A DNA stretch of 37,263 bases from Candidatus Bathyarchaeota archaeon (GTDB lineage: Archaea > Thermoproteota > Bathyarchaeia > Bathyarchaeales > Bathycorpusculaceae): the NCBI GenBank assembly GCA_963811105.1, contig CAWEPZ010000014.1, positions 1-37,263 of the forward strand. Direction: 5' to 3'. Positions 8,414-16,256 of the stretch are shown piece by piece (within the stretch, counting starts at the first letter, position 1; each line of letters opens with the position of its first letter). The position numbers were made by a program, and so were the translations under genes. Below the pieces are notes generated by a model that was not told the origin of the DNA, did no database searches, and was given only the letters and a program-made list of their open reading frames with translations.

Positions 8414-11065
8414 TTACGCTCGTTTTCTAAGAACAAGGAAGCCTACTATTGCGATTGCAATGATGATGGCGATAGCTGATATTGCGACGGCAGAGATTAC
8501 TGGCATGTTGTCTGTTTGTAGTGCTGCTGTGGAAGGTGATGGACTGGCTGATGTTCCAGCACCAACTGAAACGGCGGTTGCTGCAGATGAACTTCCGTAA
8601 GAATTGTCTCCAGCGAAAGAAGCTACGATTTTATAATCACCCACTGTTGATGGAGTCCATGTCTTACTGAACGTCCCATAGTAAGCGTCTGAACTCACTG
8701 TCCCTATGTCTATCGAGTTACCGTTTGGATCGAGCGCGGTTAAAGTAACTGGAACACCTGTCATTGTAACATTATGGTCAAGGCCATCGATAGGATGCTG
8801 CATATACAAGAACTCCATTTGTGTTTCCATTGAATCATCTGATACACATGGTACTGTGCCTTGTTTGCTACTAGAGTCAAGTGGTGCGGTTGGGTTATTG
8901 AAGCTGCCCTGATCGCCCGGAGACATGTCCATAACTGTACCGGAAATGATAACACTGTTTCCGCTGGTGATTTGTGTTTGTGGCACTGATACTGTGGTGG
9001 CGCTCTTGCCTTTGCCGAAGACATACATGTACCCGTCATAACTGCTGGCTGCTGTAAGATAGCCATCTGCAATTGCACCGGGAGCCATGCTTCCCGTGAT
9101 GTTCCACATGTCCTGTCCTGTGGTTATGTTGATGCAGTAGATCTTCCATCCTCTGGTTATTGGCTGGCTAGGCGAGTGCTCAGTGTTGTAAGCGTAGAGC
9201 ATTCCGTCACCAATGGTACTAGTACCAGTAAACCACGGATAATTATCTTGGTATGGTGTTTCAAAAGAGTATGGCGCTTTTGCTTGGAATAACCAAGACA
9301 CTTTTCCTGTGCTCCAGTTGTAAGCTGCTATTCCGTCATATTGATTCGCGATTATATTGCCGCCGTATGACTGTACGCCGTAGCACCCGAATGTTCCCCA
9401 AGGCCAGGTTGTCAAGGGACTTTTCCATAGGAACGTCCCTGAGGACAAGTCCCAACAGCGCCAATACCCGTCATCAAAGCGTACGGCGAATTTACCGTGG
9501 TCAGCGACTGCTGTACTTCCGCTGAAGAGAGGAAAACCGACGCCTGCCGTGAAATTCCATAGGAGCCGCCCTGTGGTCAAACTAGCCGCTTCTAAGCCAA
9601 TATCCTGGGCTACTCCGCTAGCACTAGGCGGCGTTATGCTATATGTAGTAACAGATATGCCTGATTCGTAATCTGTTGATGCCGGTAAGCTGCTGAACGG
9701 CCAAGTAATGTTGTTCATTACTGTGAAAGTGTAATTGGTCAAACCAACTATGCTCCCGGGTCTTACTCCCGTAACGGTCCAGTTAATCAAACGATAATCA
9801 GGGTTAGCACTAGTGCCAATGTTTTGCACGGTCAAGAAGTACGGGTCCATATAGCATGTGCCAGTAGTCAATGGAGCGATTGAAATATTAATATTCGCGC
9901 CAGTGACTGGGTCAGTTTTCATGTTGCCAGTATATGGGTCATACACTATATACCTGCCGCTGCCGACGTAGACGAGTACAGGCGTACCTCCAATATTAGG
10001 TGCTGCGCCAGGTACCTCGCCAAACGCTTGTTGACTATATGAAACAATTGTTGGTATTTGGGTGTTGCCCGTCTGGTCCCAGTACACTTGTCCGGTGCGC
10101 AGGTTATAACACTCCCACACGCTCTGTGGGACGCCGTTTATCGCTTTGTTAAGAGTCTGATAGCACCTTCCGTCATAGACTAATGTTGGAGTCCCGGAGT
10201 TTCCCGATATAGCCCTTATTCCGCTTGTTCCTCCGATTAGCCCTCCTTCCGCTCCCTGTCGTCTCCATACCACATGTGCTGTCGTTGGTCCTAAGACATA
10301 AGGCGTGTATCTATAGTTGCTCATGTAGGTATTCGTGTCAGCTGGCCAGCCAGTGCCCCCTCCAACAATACCCGTTCCTGGATAGCTTCCTATAATCGGC
10401 CACCACTCCCTATTTTCTGGGGATATTGGTCGAGTCCAGTAGTCGGTTGGAAGCGGGGATGGAGGCCAAGACATCACTGGTTGCTCCTGCACTGTAAAGT
10501 TGTATGGTCCGTCATGGCTGGGCTTATAGTACAACGATTGCGTAAAGCTGAAGGGTCCAGCACCTATAAGAGAGAATGGGTCGCCAGTATAGTTTCCAGC
10601 AGGGAAGTATCCGCCTAGAAAGTCAAACTTGATTTGCCATGTGCCAACCTCGTCGGGATAATAGTTGAACCATGCCGTGGTGTCTGCCTCATAAGAATTC
10701 ACCACTTTCGTGTCAGTTGTTCCGTCTGGCTTAGTGAATGTTACCGTGTAATCGCTCAGGTATCGACTACCATGAGTTGGTGGATGCAGCCACACGTTAA
10801 CCAGTAGGGGCTGGCCAACGCCTATGGGGTTAGGTGTAAAGCTTAGGGCGGCGAGAGTGTCAAGAGTCACATCAGGAGTAACGCCGGCTGGAAGTGGTAT
10901 CGAACCACTACTTTGTACGTGTGTGGGAGTCACGCCTGCAGGAAGCGTCGTTTGAGCTTTAACTGGTTGAGTAAACATTGCCATTGGCAAAACCGAAGCC
11001 ATCATTAGAACTATAATGATTAAAGCAAAAGATTTCGTTTTCATCGTTTTTATTGGATTTTTCAT
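8414..11065 (-). CDS. secreted, membrane-anchored PQQ-like beta-propeller surface protein (883 aa), paralog of 2778..5153
   Basis: Signal peptide, the same conserved blocks (IGVGQ.LLVN.W, PLPTDYWT.PI..ENREW, YDG..Y.F.KG, FAGD.SYGSS), TM helix and LRKRA tail. Confidence 0.85.
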   Translation of the reverse strand: MKNPIKTMKTKSFALIIIVLMMASVLPMAMFTQPVKAQTTLPAGVTPTHVQSSGSIPLPAGVTPDVTLDTLAALSFTPNPIGVGQPLLVNVWLHPPTHGSRYLSDYTVTFTKPDGTTDTKVVNSYEADTTAWFNYYPDEVGTWQIKFDFLGGYFPAGNYTGDPFSLIGAGPFSFTQSLYYKPSHDGPYNFTVQEQPVMSWPPSPLPTDYWTRPISPENREWWPIIGSYPGTGIVGGGTGWPADTNTYMSNYRYTPYVLGPTTAHVVWRRQGAEGGLIGGTSGIRAISGNSGTPTLVYDGRCYQTLNKAINGVPQSVWECYNLRTGQVYWDQTGNTQIPTIVSYSQQAFGEVPGAAPNIGGTPVLVYVGSGRYIVYDPYTGNMKTDPVTGANINISIAPLTTGTCYMDPYFLTVQNIGTSANPDYRLINWTVTGVRPGSIVGLTNYTFTVMNNITWPFSSLPASTDYESGISVTTYSITPPSASGVAQDIGLEAASLTTGRLLWNFTAGVGFPLFSGSTAVADHGKFAVRFDDGYWRCWDLSSGTFLWKSPLTTWPWGTFGCYGVQSYGGNIIANQYDGIAAYNWSTGKVSWLFQAKAPYSFETPYQDNYPWFTGTSTIGDGMLYAYNTEHSPSQPITRGWKIYCINITTGQDMWNITGSMAPGAIADGYLTAASSYDGYMYVFGKGKSATTVSVPQTQITSGNSVIISGTVMDMSPGDQGSFNNPTAPLDSSSKQGTVPCVSDDSMETQMEFLYMQHPIDGLDHNVTMTGVPVTLTALDPNGNSIDIGTVSSDAYYGTFSKTWTPSTVGDYKIVASFAGDNSYGSSSAATAVSVGAGTSASPSPSTAALQTDNMPVISAVAISAIAIIIAIAIVGFLVLRKRA

Positions 11066-11092
11066 TTTTCTTTTTCTCTTTCCTTATTTTTA

Positions 11093-11201
11093 AGAGAAAG
11101 TACTTATTAGAAAAGCAATTTATTTTTGAGATAAGCGCTTTCCCTAGAAACAATTAGTAAATAACTTGCTTATAAAAGAATGCAGGTGGCTACTGACGAC
11201 A
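11093..11201 (-). promoter_or_regulatory. promoter and structured 5' leader of beta-propeller gene 2
   Basis: TATA TTTATAAG (11169-11176), upstream TGTCGTCAGT box and leader hairpin at 11108-11146. Confidence 0.6.
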
Positions 11202-11701
11202 ATGAGACAACCATGCACAAACTAAAAGTCTATTTTTCACATTTTTACAAATTATAATAGTTTTCATCATATTCGTAGGAACAATTATTGCATGTTAGTG
11301 AAATTGGGGAATGCCTCTAAAACCTTTGATAGGTATTTATCAATGTGGTATTAGTGTGATGTTAAGAAAGAAAAAAGGGACTAAGCGCGGAAATGGAGAC
11401 GTCGCCACTGGAAGGCTTAATATACATACACATCCATATCTGACCATACATAGGGACATGCCTAGTTGAATGAGTATTGTTTTTGCTTGCTTCAATAGCT
11501 ACGAACTATTTTTTTATAATTTGTAACATAAGTAGTACTGCTCGCAGGAACGATAGCGAGTAGAATAAACAAAATTTTAATTAAAAATATACTAGATTTA
11601 CTTAAACCATGGACCATTTGTAACAAGTAACGTAAAAAGATTCGCTTATCGGTAAATTAAATAATTTCCCCTGTATAATCAAGATAGCGGAGAATTGAGG
11701 C

Positions 11702-11986
11702 ATGCAAAATCCAAAATTAACTGAAATTGAGACCAAGTATGAAAAATGTATCATTAGAGTTGTAGATTTCCAAAATCTGACAAACGTTGTAGTTGTCAGC
11801 CTAGACAAGTTTGAAAAAATTATCGAAGGCGGTCATCATGAAGTATTTGAGGTCAAAACCGCTCCAACAGCAAAGTTTGCCATGTTTGATTACTGCGAAA
11901 TGGGGATAACCATTACAACTGAGAACATACAAATTCAGGTATCAGACCCACCGAAAAACGTGTCTATCTCTGCTAAAGCTCATTAA
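11702..11986 (+). CDS. hypothetical protein (94 aa)
   Basis: ATG with GAGG upstream and plausible globular composition. No recognised motif. Confidence 0.5.
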   Translation: MQNPKLTEIETKYEKCIIRVVDFQNLTNVVVVSLDKFEKIIEGGHHEVFEVKTAPTAKFAMFDYCEMGITITTENIQIQVSDPPKNVSISAKAH

Positions 11987-12215
11987 GTTAGTTTTATCTT
12001 TTCCTCGGAATATTAAGAAATAAGTGAATGCCCTACTTAATTTTTTTCTACTCTTACAGCCAAAAAAGGGCTTAACAACATAGTAGGATTAATTAAACTA
12101 CACTATATCAGAAAACACACCGGGTTCAAAACTTATAGGAAACAATTCTCGCTTTGCCAACTTCAACAGTCCATTTTTCTGAACTGAAACCACCCTTGAT
12201 ATTAGAGAGTTATCA

Positions 12216-12248
12216 GTTGTTGGTTGGTTGGACTAAATTTTAATCTAT
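12216..12248. repeat. site D: core GACTAAATTTTAATC (12231-12245) with TTGG repeats on the left, inverted relative to sites A and C
   Basis: The reverse complement reads ATAGATTAAAATTTAGTCCAACCAACCAACAAC. Confidence 0.75.
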
Positions 12249-12620
12249 TTTTCCAACTTTCAGTATTTTTGGTCCTCGAAAGTATGTTTCTGGTTTCTGT
12301 TCCTCACTGTCAAGCAGTATTTGGTCGTTTTCGCGCCATTTTAAATCGTCAGCGAGTTCTTTTGGGATGGTTATTATTAGGCTATTTCCTGCTTTTCTTA
12401 ATTTGACGATTTTCTTCATTTAGCTTGACCTCAAGTTGTAGGTGACTTTATGCGTTTGTTTTGAATGCGTGTGTTTTGGGCATGTTTTTAAACAGTATTT
12501 TGTATTTTTATATATAGTTAGGTGTTGTCCAGTATAATCAGGTATATACAGATAACTGTGCGTAATGGTTAAATGAGCCTTGCCCCGTATATGAGGATTT
12601 CGTAGAGCGAGGATGAGAAT

Positions 12621-12902
12621 TTGGAAAAAGCACTAGACCCCAAAAAAAAGGGTGTTGAGATACATTTTGTTGATATGCTTAAGGCTAAGGGTTACTTGCA
12701 GCTGCTGGATCCGCTTTGGGGTCATTGCTTAATTATTGGTCGAGAAGAGTTTACAGACAAAATGGCACTGTGTCTTAGAATCGAAGGCATAAGATACCAT
12801 TTCACCTTGCTAGATAATTATGGCGCCGTCTTCCTGGAACTAGAGCAGCCTTCCGTTCCAGAGCATAAGATACAATTAGCGTGTCTGGAGGTTAACTATT
12901 AG
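12621..12902 (+). CDS. hypothetical protein translationally coupled to Int2
   Basis: The TAG stop overlaps the integrase GTG start. SD-like GAGGATGA lies upstream. Confidence 0.55.
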   Translation: MEKALDPKKKGVEIHFVDMLKAKGYLQLLDPLWGHCLIIGREEFTDKMALCLRIEGIRYHFTLLDNYGAVFLELEQPSVPEHKIQLACLEVNY

Positions 12903-14239
12903 TGGCTCAGGGGGAGCGAACAGGCGGCCTTGCCAACTTTCCGTCTCCTATAAGCATATTTGACAATCAGCCGGGAAATAATATCACTGGCAAGTCAGTT
13001 TCAGTTCTAACTGCCGGCACCGCCACGCAAATCCCCAACTGCCCCAAATGCGGCAACCGAAAAGTTTGGCGGGATGGAATTCGCACTCAAATGTTTGGCT
13101 TGCCTATCCAACGTTGGCTTTGTCGCCGGTGCGGCTTTAGATTTAGTGATCCTGAAGATGTCGCAAGGGCAAAAGATGAGTTTGAACAAGTTCAAACAAT
13201 TGAATCAAAGAGCATAAAAAGCGCATCTGACTACTCTACTAATTGCCAAATATGCGTCGACAACGTTAAGGAGACGAAAAAATTGGCTGCGGAAAAACAA
13301 ATAACATCAACAATTCCGCAGATAAATCAAGTGGACGACCCAAAAAGTGCCATCGTAGACTTCCTCTGGCAACTCAAACGCAAAAACTACTCCGAAGACA
13401 CGATAAAACCCTATGGCTACAACCTAAACGCGATAGTCAAACTAGGCATAAATCTTTATGACCCCCAAAGCTTCATCGACAAAATGACTGAACTCGGCGA
13501 TACGAAAACTAACATCCGAAAACTCAACCTCAGAAAAGCATACAAAAGCTTTCTCAACTACCATAAAATCCAAGCCGATATACCACGCTATCCATACAAA
13601 AGACCCATACCTTATGTACCACATGAAAGATTCCTCGATCAACTAATCGATAGCTGCCAAAGCATTCAGATGATGGTTTTCTTAATGACATTAAAAGAAA
13701 CAGCCGCAAGACCTGGAGAAGCCTTTCAACTCATGTGGAACGACATAGACCCCGTCAACAAAACCATAAACATCTCACATCCAGAAAAAGGCAGCAACCC
13801 ACGGATATTGCCAATATCTGACAATCTTCTTAAGAAACTACTCGAACTACCCCACATCAGAGCCAACTATATATTCAACTACAAAAACAAAAAGAACCTC
13901 AGCAATAGCTTCAGGACAATGCGAGATCACGCAATTCGAAAGTTCAGCAATCCAGAGTTACGAAAAATAGACTTCTACACTTTCAGGTATTGGAGAGCCA
14001 CCGAAGAATACGACCGAAGCCATAAAGATTTTGAAGCCGTCATGTACCTACTCGGACATAATTCACTAAGATACGTTTTACTCTACAAGCAACTAAGCAA
14101 AGTACGCCATTTCGGTCGAGGCGAAGCATACATCGTTAGAGAAGCTAAAACCAAGAAGGACTGCATGGCTTTGATGGCAGATGGATTTGAACACCATATG
14201 GACAAAGGAGGAGCTAGCCTTTTCAGAAAGCTTAAATAA
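12902..14239 (+). CDS. tyrosine recombinase/integrase with N-terminal Zn-ribbon (Int2)
   Basis: CPKC...CRRC Zn ribbon. Catalytic R (ETAARPGE), K (PEKGS), YxxR variant (YTFR), LGH and Y (VLLY). GGAGG SD. The gene ends 83 bp before tRNA-Asp. Confidence 0.92.
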   Translation: MAQGERTGGLANFPSPISIFDNQPGNNITGKSVSVLTAGTATQIPNCPKCGNRKVWRDGIRTQMFGLPIQRWLCRRCGFRFSDPEDVARAKDEFEQVQTIESKSIKSASDYSTNCQICVDNVKETKKLAAEKQITSTIPQINQVDDPKSAIVDFLWQLKRKNYSEDTIKPYGYNLNAIVKLGINLYDPQSFIDKMTELGDTKTNIRKLNLRKAYKSFLNYHKIQADIPRYPYKRPIPYVPHERFLDQLIDSCQSIQMMVFLMTLKETAARPGEAFQLMWNDIDPVNKTINISHPEKGSNPRILPISDNLLKKLLELPHIRANYIFNYKNKKNLSNSFRTMRDHAIRKFSNPELRKIDFYTFRYWRATEEYDRSHKDFEAVMYLLGHNSLRYVLLYKQLSKVRHFGRGEAYIVREAKTKKDCMALMADGFEHHMDKGGASLFRKLK

Positions 14240-14322
14240 GGATTGCTCTTCTTTGGTTCAAACCGAACTGAGGAGAAAAAACATCTCCAAAAGTTGGTCT
14301 AGCATACTAAAAGTCCATAAGT

Positions 14323-14400
14323 GCCCAGGTAGTATAGTTCGGTCCAGTATATGCGGCTGTCGCCCGCAGGACCCGGGTCCGAATCCCGGCCTGGGCGCCA
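14323..14400 (+). tRNA. tRNA-Asp(GTC), CCA encoded, no intron
   Basis: Acceptor stem GCCCAGG/CCTGGGC with G73 and CCA. Anticodon arm TGCGG-CTGTCGC-CCGCA. T arm CCGGG-TCCGAAT-CCCGG. Confidence 0.95.
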
Positions 14401-14538
14401 TATTAATTCCAATTTACATGATAGATCTGCTTTAACAAATTCTTGATAATGAAACGGAGATTTATTTTTCTCATTAAAGCAGTCTTAAGAGGAAAGGCTT
14501 AATAGTTGTAGAGCTAAATTTTTGTTAAGGCGAATAGT

Positions 14539-14820
14539 TTGAGCCTTTCACGAATGGAGAAATATCTCGCCATAATCAAAGTTTTAGACAACTGGGATTC
14601 AATAACACAAGAACAAATAATGCATAAGGCCGAAGTCAAACTTGTTCCCCAAAAAGAAGCGCTCAACTTTCTAGTCAAGTTAGACTTGCTTGAAGAAAAA
14701 AAAGTTGGAACTAAAACAGTATATTCAATTACTTTTAAAGGACAAAGATTAAGCATATATTTTAGACTAAATGACGATAGTGCAATATTTGGCGGAACCA
14801 AAATAACTCGAATTGATTAA
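14539..14820 (+). CDS. archaeal winged-helix transcriptional regulator (HTH_45/ArnR1-like)
   Basis: SRME.Y..I..L...T..IM.KA...L.FL...L.....Y.IT.KG wHTH pattern. Confidence 0.75.
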   Translation: MSLSRMEKYLAIIKVLDNWDSITQEQIMHKAEVKLVPQKEALNFLVKLDLLEEKKVGTKTVYSITFKGQRLSIYFRLNDDSAIFGGTKITRID

Positions 14821-14875
14821 CCTGAATTCTCTATTGATATGTTATTATAGAGCTTGAGACCCATCCAATACATCG

Positions 14876-15883
14876 GTGCATTGTTTGCCAAGATTAATTG
14901 ATCCTTTGAAAGTGAAGGGCTACACCTTAAGAAACCGCATAGTTTTGCCGCCTATGCAGACGGGTAGAGCAACTTTTGAAGGAGCCGTAACTAACAGGCT
15001 GATTAACTTCTACGTTCGCCGCTCCTCAGCTTTAGGTTTGCCTATTGTGGAGCACGCCTATGTCTCGCCAACTGGAAAGATAGGTCCAAAACAGTTGGGA
15101 ATCTACGATAACTCCTTAGTTGAGGGTTTTGAAAAATTAGCGGAGAGTCTACATACAGTTGGTGCCCCCGCGATTGTGCAGATTTCACACGCTGGCGGAG
15201 CAGCAAACAAGAAAGTTATCGGAACTGAACCTGCAGGCCCTTCCGCTAGACCAAAAACACGCATGTTAGAAGTAAGTGAAATGGAAACTATCGCAGATGA
15301 TTTTGCTTTGGCTACTAAGCGGGCGGTTAAAGCTGGGTTTGACGGGGTTGAACTTCATGGAGCACACGGTTACTTGCTTAACCAGTTCTATTCACCCTTA
15401 CTAAACAAACGCCACGACGAGTATGGCGGTAGTTTAGAAAATCGGATACGGTTCCCTTTGCAAGTTGTTAGAAAGGTGCGTCAACGCCTCAACGATAAAC
15501 TTTTGCTATATAGGTTAGGTTCGGATGATTTAGCCCCCAGCGGAACTCACATAGAAGACTCTGCGATATTTGCCAAGACGCTTGAACAGGCTGGAGTGGA
15601 CATAATTGACGTTTCTGGAGGCATGTGTGGAAGCGAACCAAAACAGTTACGACAAGTCAAAGGCTACTTTGTCCCACAAGCAAACGAAATCAAGAAAGCT
15701 GTAAACGTTCCAGTTATCGGCGTAGGAGGAATAACCGACGCTGAATTCGCTGATAAACTGATAGTTGATGGAAAAGTTGACTTAGTGGCAGTGGGAAGAG
15801 CATTTTGGCGAGATAATAAATGGGCAGAAAAAGCCACAGAAAAACTAGCATTCAAATTTATCCAAAAAATCAACGTCCCATAA
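14876..15883 (+). CDS. NADH:flavin oxidoreductase (Old Yellow Enzyme family)
   Basis: NRIVLPPM, QISHAG, AGFDGVELHGAHGYLLNQF.SP..N.R.DEYGGSLENR.RF and VAVGRA motifs. Confidence 0.92.
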   Translation: MHCLPRLIDPLKVKGYTLRNRIVLPPMQTGRATFEGAVTNRLINFYVRRSSALGLPIVEHAYVSPTGKIGPKQLGIYDNSLVEGFEKLAESLHTVGAPAIVQISHAGGAANKKVIGTEPAGPSARPKTRMLEVSEMETIADDFALATKRAVKAGFDGVELHGAHGYLLNQFYSPLLNKRHDEYGGSLENRIRFPLQVVRKVRQRLNDKLLLYRLGSDDLAPSGTHIEDSAIFAKTLEQAGVDIIDVSGGMCGSEPKQLRQVKGYFVPQANEIKKAVNVPVIGVGGITDAEFADKLIVDGKVDLVAVGRAFWRDNKWAEKATEKLAFKFIQKINVP

Positions 15884-16256
15884 GCATTTTGTCTGGAGAA
15901 ATGCGAAACAGCTGAGGGAAATGTTTCTTCTTAATTATTGTAATATAGGGTAGGATGGTTTGCAGGAAAGTTGCATTTTTGGGGGGTGAATTTAGTTGGA
16001 AGTGGTCATTTTTGGCTTGAATTTGTGAATGCTTTGTGTTTTAGGCGTATTTTGTTTCAGGGTATTGCAATAGTTTTATTGTATTTTGCGTATTTTTACT
16101 TCTTATCTATGCAATAAGCTTCTTAAATTGTTGACTCGTTAAGGGGTTATGAAAAACTTGAGTGACTTGGATTAATTGTCTTTAACAAGAGTTAATTTAT
16201 CCTAAAAAACCTCAGAGATTCAAGTAATTTAGATTTTCTGAAAAAACAATCAATGC

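Larger units (their letters stand above)
1..14322. mobile_element. composite integrative island abutting the 5' side of tRNA-Asp (left boundary outside window)
   Basis: Two integrases, gene fragments, repeated recombination-like sites and mobile-element-type ORFs. Housekeeping-like genes resume after the tRNA. No att duplication was found in the window. Confidence 0.6.

Noticed and set aside
3034-9525. Many short ORFs overlapping the beta-propeller and integrase genes
   Set aside because: They are antisense or out-of-frame shadows of well-supported CDSs and have no motifs.
2778-11065. Diversity-generating retroelement acting on the beta-propeller paralogs
   Set aside because: No reverse transcriptase is present and I found no TR/VR pair differing only at adenines. 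The paralogs diverge throughout.
12117-12132. CCGGGTTCAAA as a tRNA T-arm-derived att remnant
   Set aside because: The match to tRNA-Asp is short and imperfect, with no complementary stem or acceptor sequence.
12224-12406. 60-aa hydrophobic ORF
   Set aside because: It starts inside site D and its hydrophobicity reflects T-rich intergenic DNA.
14181-14435. 84-aa ORF spanning the integrase end and tRNA
   Set aside because: It overlaps the tRNA-Asp gene and Int2, so it is most likely spurious.
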